A DNA stretch of 64,000 nucleotides from Balanoglossus misakiensis (lineage: Eukaryota; Animalia; Hemichordata). Location of the stretch: contig CM082577.2 in assembly GCA_040954595.2 (NCBI GenBank), forward strand, positions 18,574,303-18,638,302. Reading direction: 5' to 3'. Of this stretch, positions 23,401 through 33,640 are shown piece by piece (the first letter of the stretch is position 1; each line of letters begins with the position of its first letter). Below the pieces are notes generated by a model, which worked only from the letters and a program-made list of their open reading frames with translations, did no database searches and was not told where the DNA came from. The translations under genes were made by a program, and so were the position numbers.

Positions 23401-25118
23401 CTGTAATTATAATTGCTGTTTTGAGTGCGTCTTTACCTAATTTGAATATCCTGATCAGGTTGTTGGCCTTGCCCTAGTTGTCTCAAAATGTACATTGATA
23501 CAAACAATTGCAACATATTAGTCAATACCCTGCCAACTTACGCCAAGTGTACATGTTGTTATGGAAGTTTATTTTTAGAACCGCTTGCGTTCTGCATAGG
23601 TCACAACACAAAACTTTGAAGCCCGTCAGCTAGCCCTGCATAGCGTATGTAAAGCTACTGAGACAGGGGAAATATTAGTAAGGTTGACAACTGACTTGCT
23701 CGCTATCAAGATTTAGAAGGAATTTATTTGCTTAGTGAGGCCAGGACATTAATTGCCCCCAACCAAGCAAAATCCACGTGGGTGGAGCTCATTATCACAC
23801 ACAGACATTGCTACAACTATTGTTCACATCAGGGTGATAATCACCTCCCCATTAGCCCTTCTTGCCGTAACACCTGCCCCAAATTGCGGTAATGGAGCAC
23901 ACATTCTTTTGTTTCAAACTACGGGAACCTTTGTAGTTGCCGTAAACTAAGACAAAAAACATCAATTAACCAACAAAAGAGGTGTTGCCGTAACATCTCT
24001 GCTACAACACTGCTACAACTAGTGCGGGAACTTTCCCGTACAGTTTAGTTGTTGTACGGTGTTGGGACTGTAACTTCACACTCATGCCAACAACTGCACT
24101 CCAACATCTATGTACTCACATCAATTCTCCACATAGCCACATCTACATACACACACGCACACACTGCCTTACATCGTATCCCACAACAGATCCCATACAC
24201 TGAATACAATGGCACCTTCTGACAAATTGCCCCTTTTATGCTGAGCTTCTCGAACATCTTATACCTACCAAAACTCACCCCAACACCATATCCTTCTTCC
24301 AGGTCAACACTACAGCCAAAGCTGTACAACTAGCTGATCAAGCCACCCACCAGACCATGCCATCTGGATCTCAAGTCCAGAAACAGATGATCTACATCGC
24401 TGATCAAACAGCAACCATGAAGCTCGCCCTCTGGAGCAACGACATTCCACAAGTAACCATCGGCCAGACATACAACTTCACCAACCTATCCGTCCGTTTT
24501 TTCAATAAAAAGACTCTCACCACGACAAAAGACACCATCATCACCCCCGCTTTCAACATGGACAACATTATCAACACTGCCGACCCCTCCACAACACTTA
24601 CAGGACAAATTGAGACAGCACAATCAACTACAAAGTACGTCTGCAGATGCAGAAAGACCCTGCCTCCATTCTCGACAGAGATCAACACCATCAAATGCCC
24701 CGGCTGCCAGATGAGGATGAAAACCTCCCGCTTAATGCCCACCATCACAACTCACATCACTCTTGCCACATCCACCAATGACATCCACAAACTCTCCATC
24801 CCCTCCCATGTCCTCTCCACTATGTTCCCAATGCACCCTCTCATCAACACAGACATCACCGAGGAACTCCTCCTCGACATGCCACCCACCACATTCGCAG
24901 TCATGGACTACCAGGTCCTCGCCCACCTCCCCACAACAACCTCCTCCACTCCACCACCCCCTCCCACCTCTCCTTCCACCATGCAATCCACCACCCCTCC
25001 ATCCCCACCCTCATCTTCACCTACATGCCAATCCCCCACCACTCCACCATCACCACCTCCACTTCCTCCATGCCCCTTCTCAGGCCAATCCAACACCAGT
25101 TCTCAACCCCTGCTCTAA
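14479..25118 (+). CDS. Three-exon RPA/SSB-like OB-fold protein with Zn-ribbon (exons 14479-14657, 20468-20672, 24303-25118; 399 aa)
   Basis: Strong Kozak CCACCGCCATGG; donors GTAAGT at 14658 and 20673; acceptors TTCCAG ending at 20467 and 24302; phases join in frame (179+205+816=1200 nt). Motifs ITGYIHDVS..YFNARFQ, SPVKITN, IADQTATMKLALW..GQTYNFTNLSVRFF, CRC..KCPGC, Pro/Ser/Thr tail. AATAAA at 25730. Confidence 0.82.
14883..17738 (-). CDS. CR1 LINE ORF2: AP endonuclease plus reverse transcriptase (951 aa)
   Basis: NARSL, IAVTESW, YRSP, GDFN, LDLV, SDH (APE); NYRPVSLTS, DFSKAFDKV, GVPQGSVLGP, FADD (RT); CR1-type C-terminus RRTRGDLI..TRGHSLKL..FF.QR.I..WNKL. Confidence 0.96.
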   Translation of the reverse strand: MSQSCSDSVNSVNSIYSSNQSQDRRCETVNNLLCICTNARSLINKLEDLESMAAEINPDIIAVTESWANESYSDAELTLQGYNMLRKDRTNRRGGGVILYIKNKYTVLPRDDLSNFGFQESIWGEIMCGDGDSLLVGVCYRSPNSDSSNDAELVRLLNAASTQRVLCMGDFNYPSIDWQRQSAGTKDSQEFLDAVQDCFYTQHVLLPTRGKSILDLVFTTEPQMIDDVEVREHLGNSDHLTLVWNTTVNIPIKVKASHTLNYNRADYKGMKEHLKHINWEETFREINVEQCWDKLINVINETVIKFTPQQYKKKRKQPLWINKKVLKKIRKKYNAWKRYTQSKDYSDFVSYKHAQRETCQEIRTAKRLFEKELCKNIKKDPKSYYAYIRKKQKTRDTVGPLKDDSGETVVTDKAMAELLNNFFASVFTREDLSNIPQPEQIISDTDKFLSDIIVTQEDVLNLLRKLNPIKTPGPDNIHPKVLRELAEELAWPITVIFNATLQQGTVPEVWKKANVTPIYKKGPKCKTGNYRPVSLTSILCKLLETLIRNAIVDHLETNKLIKDSQHGFRKGLSCVTNLLVFFEYVTKSVDEGNPVDIAYLDFSKAFDKVPHTRLVAKLEAHGIVGKIKSWIQNWLDGRAQRTVLNGSASMWSTVTSGVPQGSVLGPILFLIYINDIDDAVKSVILKFADDTKLGRIVRNQEDKEKFQKDLDNLEAWSEEWQMSFNVDKCKVMHVGSTNPSFNYTMNNKALTPVEEERDLGVLIHNSMKTSRHCAEAVKKANRALGVIKRNIKYKTKFNIMQLYKSLVRPHIEYAVQYWNPHYTKDVELVEKVQRRATKLIPELSHLSYGSRLKELKLTTLEERRTRGDLIQVFRIVKGIDRVSPDVLFTFSQHHRTRGHSLKLAKSCFRLDCRKFFFTQRIIAEWNKLSTHIVDAKTVLDFKIRLDSYKGQ
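17735..18631 (-). CDS. CR1 LINE ORF1: PHD finger, coiled coil and RRM-like region
   Basis: CGTC..CEVCMNWFHIAC..WFCKAC (PHD); RKLNVIVRNMPE, RPRLLRVKL, VYISPDLT. First ATG at 18631, alternative 18619. Confidence 0.92.
   Translation of the reverse strand: MTSKMATVAVTRNAARKNSTSTSTKSKANKETYTCGTCRKEVKDNDEALQCEVCMNWFHIACEGVSKELYTVLVSNDTNMTIHWFCKACNNGAVRLFNVMNNLQLRQDTLEKEFKELKEEFIGQKEKSCDKAQVQQILNNAIEVEKRKLNVIVRNMPEPDDSMASLVRGDDVRQVSGLMSELGLSDENIVEVERLSTSKRSEDKRPRLLRVKLKDTKTKRQVLQKAKHLAKSTEEMYKNVYISPDLTYEQREEDRKLRNELKSRRDRGEKDLRIHKGTIVKGQQDITNAGAPKNEQTI
21266..24070. mobile_element. Non-autonomous DNA transposon (~2.8 kb), TA-flanked, in intron 2 of the RPA-like gene
   Basis: TA|CAGTCCCAACAgaatagAACAACTA.. 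and ..TAGTTGTTgtacggTGTTGGGACTG|TA form an imperfect TIR; subterminal TACGGGAA and GCTACAAC repeats; lacks the flanking C/A skew; no transposase ORF. Confidence 0.75.
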
Positions 25119-26470
25119 TCTCCACTGCCCCTGACATCTCAAACCTGCCTTCCAATCTCCCCTACACCCATTCCACTCTGCCCTCATCACATTTGTCCAT
25201 TCCCACTTGATACTTCCAAAAGCTCATCCAATCACTCTCCCCCCCCCCATCATTTCACATACACATTTTGCCATGCTTCCTTTTCATATTTTGCATAACA
25301 AGTTATTAGTTATTTTTCTTAGTTCCATAGATTTTCTTTAGCTACTTTCATGACTGATTTTTTACAACTTCCCACATTTATCTACTTTGTTCTTTGCCTT
25401 GCAACATTTCCACTGTTGACTTATTTTTATTACAGAGATTGAGTGCTTACTTCTTGTTAATTTCTTAGTAACATACTACTTTATCTTTGTTGACATATGT
25501 CACCTTTATTCTTTAACTCAAAACTTTTCCACTGTTGCTTTAATTTTAATTAAGTACTTCGATGCTTTCTTGTTGTTGTTTTTTCAGTTCCGATACCACT
25601 TCATTTTTTCCAACTTTTAAGTACTTTGTTTTTGGCATGCACATTTGCACTGTTGCATTATATTTACTTAGCTTATTTGATTATGGATAGATATTTCATT
25701 TCCCATTTACGTTTACTACTATTATATTCAATAAAAATATTTTTCTGAAACATACCTCTCGACTCTTCCACTTTGCCTTACAGTATCCTTCCACACTCCA
25801 CCCATAGCCATGAACTACAACTTGCCTACCCCCAGTTAACACAATGATACCCAAAAAAGAACAACATTGCCAAGCCACCTGTGACACCTGCCAAATAACC
25901 AAAAGAGCTCAACATTCAGTTTCCACTGCACACAGACCTTGGTGTGCTTCCACATCTCCCAGCAACCACACCACCCACCACCTTTGTAATCAAACACACT
26001 AGACCACAATGTTGTGCCCACTTCACCAATCACCTCAAACACCCCTCACAGCTGACATTCACTTTTTAATGCTACATCAAATTTGTGTCCCGCACTTTGC
26101 CCCCACTTCAGGTGACCTCAGTTGACCCTTGACCTACTTCACCTTCTCCCATCCACGCAACCGCAGGAAATGCAGCCTTGGTGTTCAAGTACACGCTTAC
26201 TACAAACACTGAAATCCCCAATTCCAAAATCACCTGCAACGCCTAATTACCTCTCTTTGTGCACACATCTTTACCGTCTCACTACTACACCTCCCTCTTC
26301 CCTTCAGTTTCTCCACCAACATTAAGCCTTATTTCCTACACATTTGTGCTTACCATGGGTTACCTTTCACCTCCTCACCCACATCCCCCCATCCACAGCC
26401 ATACAGCCTACACAGTTCGCTTCAAAAACACTGCATACACTCTTAGGGTTCTCATGAGTATTATCGCTTT

Positions 26471-26504
26471 GCTTGGGCCCCTTCAACGCTGCTTGCAGCT
26501 TTAA
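26471..26504 (+). other. Helentron terminus: subTIR, stem-loop and T-run
   Basis: GCTTGGGCCC (26471-26480), GCTGCTTGCAGC stem-loop (26488-26499), TTTAA; same signals as the family A HINE tails. Confidence 0.88.
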
Positions 26505-28719
26505 TTAGGGCACAAGCCAAGCAGGCTTGTGTATTACTGGGTTTTTAGGGCACAAGCGCCCTCAGGCGCTTGTGCCCTATTGGTATTGTTGGCTTTTTTC
26601 TTCTACTGATTTTTTTTCTTGTGCAGTTTTTTCGGCCACTTTCATCTTGAAAACGGCTGAACCTACAAATCTCAAACTTAGCACAGTGGTGCAGGCCTAT
26701 GAGAGCTAGTGCAATACCCTCGTGAATGTTTAATAAGTCATGTGACCTGATGACCATATATGGGCAAAGTTTTCAAACGGGCCTAATTTGCATATGAATG
26801 GAGATATCAACATTCTTTTAGCGATTTTTGCGGACCATGTGGTCAGTGTCCTACATGCCAAATGTCAAGGCCGTGGGTTAAGTCTATTTTGAGAAGAAGA
26901 TTTTTTTATTTTTCATATTTTTGGACCCAGCCATAGGCCTGTACTTTCTATAGTTAAGCTATGACGCTATGTCCACGTCGGCTGTGCAATGGTCCTGTAC
27001 AGTGACTCTCTATTGGCCCGTGAGCAGAATGGAACCACAATAAAAGGCAAAATTTTGGGCTCACCTGTAACACCTGCTTAACTCATTAATTATGTGCATA
27101 CCTAATTCCTGGCTAACTAATACGGCTAGAGGTTTTGTTCTTGTGGGACATGGACCAGTGTGGGATCAAACATTTTTGCCCAGATTTTGGGTGACCTCAG
27201 GTGACCTTTGACCTACTTTCCTATATCTCGGCATCCACAGCAGGTACAGACTTGGCGTTTGGAGGGTTGTGACTAAAATTGAAAAGACAAAATTGGGGGC
27301 CACCTGTGACACCTGCATATCTCATTAATTATGTGCAAACCTAATTCCAGGCTAGCCAATAGGGCTAGAGGTTTGATTTTTGTTGAACATGGACCAGTAT
27401 GGGGTTAACATTTCTTGCCTAATTTTGGGTGACCTCAGGTGACCTCTGACCTACTTTACCATATCTTGGCATCCAGAGCAGGTACAGACTTGGCGTTTGG
27501 AGAGTTGGGATTAAAATTGAAAAGCCAAATTGTCGCTCACCTGTGACACCTGCTTATCTCATTAATTATGTGCATACCTAATCCCGGGCTAACTAATAGG
27601 GCTGAAGGTTTTGTTCCTGTTGGACATAAACCAGTGTGGGGTCAAAAATTTTTGCCCAAATTTCGGGTGACCTCAGGTGACCTTTGACCTAACTTTCTAT
27701 ATCTCGGCATCCAGATCAGGTACAGACTTGGCATTTGGAGGGATTGAACTCCCAATGGAGTCTTACACTTTACCTGAAAGTTGGGGGTCACCTGTGACAC
27801 CTGCTTATCTCATTAATTATGTGCATACCTAATTCCAGGCTAGAAAATAGGGCTAGAGGTTTGACTTTTGTTGAACATGGACCAGTATGGGGTTAAAATT
27901 TCTTGCCCAATTTTGGGTGACCTCAGGTGACCTTTGACCTACTTTACCATATCTCGGCATCCACAGCAGATACAGCCTTGGCATTTGGAGGGGTGGAACT
28001 CCTGATGGAGCCTTATACTTTACCTCATTAATTATGTGCATATCTAATTCTAGGCGAGCCAATAGGACTAGAGGTCTGGTTTTTGTTGGACCTGGACTAG
28101 TATGGGGTCAAAAATTTTTGCCCAACTTTCGGGTGGCCTCAGGTGACCTTTGACCTACTTTCCATTATCTCGGCATCCAGAACAGGTACAGCATTTGTGT
28201 TTGGATGGATCGAACTATTAATGGAGTCTTACACTTTACATCATTAATTATGTGCATATCTAATTTCAGACAAGCCAATAGGGCTAGAGGTCTGGTTTCT
28301 GTTGGACCTGGACTAGTATTGGGATCAAAACTTTTTACCCAAATTTTGGGCGACCACATATGACCTTTGACCTTCGGCTTAAGCTTGTGCCCGTCATCGC
28401 TGCTTGCAGCTATATTTTCTTCTTTTTTTTTTCCTTGTGTCGTTTTTTTGCCCAACAGGATCTTGAAAACGGCTGAACCTACAAATCTCAAACTTGGCAC
28501 AGTGGTGCAGGCCTATGAGAGCTGGTGCTGTACCCTTGTGAATGTTTAATAAGTCATGTGACCTGATGACCATATATGGGCAAAGTTTTCAAATGGGCCT
28601 AATTTGCATATGAATGGAGATATCAAAATTCTTTTAGCGATTTTTGCAGACCATGTGGTCAGTGTCCTACATGCCAAATGTCAAGGCCGTGGGCCAAGTC
28701 TATTTTGAGAAGAAGATTT

Positions 28720-30990
28720 TTAGCTCACGTGAAAATCACGTGAGCTAATGGTTTAGCGATGTCTGTGTGTGTGTATGTATGTGTGTGTGTGTGTCTGTCT
28801 GTATACCCAATATCTCAAGAACCGCTGAACCGATTTCAACCAAATTTAGTACACAGGTTCAGATATCATATGGCAAGAACTGAAAAGGTTTTGGTGGGTG
28901 TGGCTTTGATATTAATGAAGTTATTAAAGTTTTAATTTTTCTATTACATGGTTGTCTATGAGAGCTTTCGTTAATGCCGCATATATGACCAGTGGAAACG
29001 GTAGTTTGAGGAGATCGACTGTTTGAGGGCGCTGTGGAATGAGAAAGTCCAGTTTAGCTGTAGCTTGGGCTGTAGCTGTGTAATAGTATATAGCTCTGTG
29101 CTCAGACAGTGTACTCGTCGTTACAGTTACACAGTTTCAGGATCTAAATGGCAAGAACTGGAAAGGTTTTGGTAGGTGTGGCTTGGATAGTAATGAAATT
29201 ATCAAATTTTTAATTTGTGAAATGAGACATTCCTGGCGATATTGCCGTGGTTCTGTCCATGCTGAGATGCTGTACCCGTCGTTACGAATAACTTCCCTAC
29301 GTGAATCCACAAGGAAGCTAACGTTGTTTAGTTGCTTCATAGAGCGTAAATTGTTAATCTACAGTCAATCTCAAAATGTCACCAGGCTTTCTATTTGTCT
29401 ATTGTTCAGAGAAAAATAACATGGCGGTTGATCACACTAAACAGTAAAATCTGTTTTGTGTGTTTATAGGCAGTCTGTTATCGCCAATACTATATAGCGA
29501 TTGCTAGATGGCCTACCCAATATGTGATCGAGCGAGAATGATAACATTGAATGTCTGTTCAGATCTCATTCCGTACGTCATACGTCAACATTTCGATTTC
29601 GATTTAATCCATTCATAAAGAATTTAGAGAAAGTCGTCTTGAATTGTGACCCCGACTATCAATTTTACGATGATTTTTTGGCGACGGAATACACGAGACG
29701 CCATTGCATTATAACTAGGTCAGCTGGACTTCCAAGGTTACCATTTTGTGTGTATGGAATCTTATCACAGAGACCACGTACTTTGACAATATGCCATGCT
29801 ATATCAATGACGCCCCAGAAAATCTGTCGAAAAATGAATTTGTCTTCTCATGGTGGTGCAATATATTTTAATGTCTATTTTGAGGTTGATTTTGGTTTTT
29901 GGCTAACATGTATATCAATGTCAGCTTATAGCAATATTAACTGGAAAAATGTTCAAATAGTCAAAATTGAAAAACTTAATAACAGCGGATCAGATTCAGT
30001 TAAAAATTGGCGTGCATTGGTGTGCAGGTACTTTGGGAAGACCTCGTATGATTTTGTTCAGGTGGAGTCAGTATCTGGCGTTTGCTATTTTTTATGAATT
30101 TTTGGGGGAATTTTCTGCAGTTTTGTTAAAAAAAATTCTTCTCTGAAATTACATGTCCAATTGATTGGAAACTTGGTATGGAGGTTCATAGGGCTTACCT
30201 GAATCACATTTGTGCAAACGGTGGTGAAATTTGCAAAAATGCATTTTTGGGCAATATTTCCTGTTTTTGTCAAAAAATCAAATCCTGTGAAACTGTAAGT
30301 GCAATTGTTTTCATACTTTGTATTTGGGTTCCTAGGGGTGATCTCAGTCAGATATGATCAAATTGTAATGAAATTTGCATAATTGTATTTTTGGGGAATT
30401 TCTGCAGGGTTTGGCCAAATAGTCTTCAGTAAAACCACAAGTCCAATTGATTGGAAACTTTGAATGGGAATTCATATATGTGATATCAGTCAGATTTGTC
30501 TGAATTTCCTGTTGTTTGCCAAAATGTCTTCCTTATTGAAACTTGTTAAAGAGGTTCTTAGGCATGAACAGAAATCAAGACCTGATGTAAACTCAGAATT
30601 GAAAAGAAATGTTTTCATTCAAATATTGTCGAAATATCAATATGTGTGATAGTGTACTTTTCTATCCTGGTTATGGTTTAAATATGGAGTTGTCACAATA
30701 ATGAAATAATAAGAGGCACTGATCAGTATTCAACAATAAGGTTACAAGGGGGAGTGCAGGGGTTTCAAGCTAAACTTATTTTTTGTTATTTGACATCGTC
30801 CCTAACCCCTTACAAAAATTGACAAGGCAACAATTCCACAAACATGTTTACATTTCACAATGGTGCAACACACAACCCTTACACCATATACACTATAAAC
30901 CAAAATGGTTTAGAACTGGTTTTTCTTATCTTGTTATTCTGTCAACCAATCACAGTACTGCACGTGAGCATATTCAGTTAATATCTGGTT
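28720..30990 (+). mobile_element. DINE-1-like HINE of a different family (subTIR GCTCACGTG)
   Basis: Head hairpin TTAGCTCACGTGA-AAA-TCACGTGAGCTAA (28720-28748), TG/TGTC microsatellite (~28762-28802), tail subTIR CACGTGAGC at 30961. The host HINE resumes after the T-run. Confidence 0.82.
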
Positions 30991-32342
30991 TTATTTTTCA
31001 TATTTTTGGACCCAGCCATAGGCCTATACTTTCTATAGTTAAGCTATCACGCTATGTCCACGTTGGCTGTGCAATGGTCCTGTACAGTGATTCTCTATTG
31101 GCCCGTGAGCAGAATGGGACCTCAATAAAAGGCAAAATTTTGGGCTCACCTGTAACACCTGCTTAACTCATTAATTATGTGCATACCTAATTCTGGGCTA
31201 ACTAATAGGGCTAGAGGTTTTGTGCTTGTGGGACATGGACCAGTATAGGGTAAAAAAAAATTGCCCAAATTTTGGGTGACCTCAGGTGACCTTTGACCTA
31301 CTTTCATATATCTCGGCATCCAGAGAAGGTACAGACTTGGCGTTTGGAGGGTTGGGACTAAAATTTAAAAGCCAAAATTGGGGGTCACCTGTGACACCTG
31401 CTTATCTCATTAATTATGTGCATACCTAATTCCAGGCCAACCAATAGGGTTATAGGTTTGGTTTTTGTTGAACATGGACCAGTATAGGGTCAAAATTTCT
31501 TGCCCAAATTTTGGGTGACCTCAGGTGACCTTTGACCTACTTTCCTATATCTCCGCTTCCAGAGCAGGTACAGACTTGGCGTTTGGAGGGTTGGGACTAA
31601 AATTTAAAAGCCAAAATTGGGGGTCACCTGTGACACCTGCTTATCTCATTAATTATGTGCATACCTAATTCCAGGCTAACCAATAGGGCTAGAGGTTTAA
31701 TTTTTGCTGAACATGGACCAGTATGGGGTCAAAATTTCTTGCCCAAATTTTGGGTGACCTCAGGTGACCTTTGACCTACTTTATCATTTCTCGGCATGCA
31801 CAGCAGCTACAGCCTTGGCATTTGGAGGGATGGAACTCCTGATGGAGCCTTACACTTTACCTCATTAATTATGCACATACATAATTGTAGGCGAACCAAT
31901 AGGGCTAGAGATTTTGTTCTTGTGGGACACAGACCAGTATGGGGTCAAAATTTCTCGCCCAAATTTTGGGTGACCACTTATGACCTCTGACCTTCGGCTT
32001 AAGCTTGGGCCCGTCATTGCTGCTTGCAGCTATATTCTCCTCCTTTTTTTTTATTGTGTCGTTTTTTTGCCCAACAGGATCTTGAAAACGGCTGAACCTA
32101 CAAATCTCAAGCTTGGCACAGTGGTGCAGGCCTATGAGAGCTGGTGCTGTACCCTCGTGAATGTTTAATAAGTAATGTGACCTGATGACCATATATGGGC
32201 AAAGTTTTCAAATGGGCCTAATTTGCATATGAATGGAGATATCAAAATTCTTTTAGCGATTTTTGCAGACCATGTGGTCAGTGTCCTACATGCCGAATGT
32301 CAAGGCCGTGGGCCAAGTCTATTTTGAGAAGAAGATTTTTTT

Positions 32343-33640
32343 ATTAGGGGACCAAGCGCCCTCAGGCGCTTGGTCCCCTTCTGTTATTGCTGGAGTTTTT
32401 CTTCTTTCTTTTTGAGTCGTTTTTTTGCTCCCGTTTTTCTCTGAAATTCCGGCACCTGCGCCTATGAAGTTTGGCACGATGATTGGGGCCCATGAGTACT
32501 GGTGCACCTGCCCTTTGAATTTGTAATTAGTCACGTGACTTGGTGGCTATAATCGAGCGAAATTTTCAAATTGACCTAATTTGCACGTTAATGGGGGAAT
32601 GTACATTCTTTTCGCGATTTTTGTAGACCATGTGGCCAAAATCCCCTGTGCCAAATTTCAAGGTCCTAGGCCACGTCGATTTTGAGAAGAAGATTTTTGT
32701 AATATTTTTCGCATTTTTGGTGGGCTGAGGACGGACACTGGGGCATCGGACTTTGACCGTCATTACGTAATGTTGCGGAGATCTCATTAGCAGGCTACTC
32801 ACTTCTGGGGGGTTGCAGTATCCCTTGGAAAATCGGCTGAAATACGTAAACAGACCAGTGATTATTTTCCACCGAATGAATATTGGGATAACACATTATC
32901 GGAGTTCAGGCTGTGTTAGGGCGTTTTATTGAATTACGCTGAGTTTGTTAGCTGTTGCCGTTCAAATGTTTCTATCTAGACCCGGCTACACTGGTTAACA
33001 TTCAATGTAATGCGGCAGTGGACTTTGACCCTCAGTCGCTAATGTGGCCGAAATACGTCAGCAGACCAATGATTTTCTTGCAAGAAGGGAGTATGGTACC
33101 AGCAATAATCAGAGATCAGGCTTCTTTGCCGTTCAACAGTTCCTACTTCAGTCGTGACGTTGCAACTGAACGTTCAGTATGGGGGTTGGCCCGCAGGTCG
33201 CCGTGGGGGTTATCAGGTCGCCCGTAATGGCACGCAGCTTCATGCAGCTGTATGGGACCAAAATAATACGCCCGATTCGGGGGTCACCTGTGACACCTGC
33301 GTAACTCAATTATGTGCATGCGTAATTGTGGGGTCAATGAAAGGGATGCTAGTGTGGTATTTGTTGCAAATGGATCAATATGAAGTCCGATTTTCCTGTC
33401 AAGTTAGGCTGCATTCACAAACACCTCAGGAGGGGGGGGGAGCAGGAGAATTGAGGGGGGGATTTGAACAAATTCAGAGTATGTAAGGGGGGATTTGAAA
33501 TAATTTAGGGACTGAAAGGGGGGGACTTGAAAACTTTGACGACTAAATATTTATTTTGAGTCCACAAAAAGGCAGTTTCGCGCCCTTTATTTTACAAAAT
33601 TTTCTAATGGGGAGGGGGACACCCTAACTCTGAGCACCCA
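32343..33640 (+). mobile_element. Truncated divergent HINE (subTIR GGGGACCAAGC) followed by G-rich sequence
   Basis: Head TAGGGGACCAAGCGCCCTCAGGCGCTTGGTCCCC; body homologous to the other HINEs (ATTAGTCACGTGAC, TTTTGAGAAGAAGATTTT); no tail found. Confidence 0.65.

Larger units (their letters stand above)
5751..26504 (-). mobile_element. Autonomous-type Helentron/Helitron2, partial (helicase end expected beyond the BEL insertion, left of the window)
   Basis: Rep gene, RPA-like gene, uniform strand skew outside the inserts, and terminus GCTTGGGCCC-CTTCAAC-GCTGCTTGCAGC-TTTAA at 26471-26504. Confidence 0.8.

Noticed and set aside
24357-25118. Stand-alone 253 aa gene starting at ATG 24357
   Set aside because: The frame is open back to an acceptor at 24302 and joins two upstream exons in phase; treated as exon 3.
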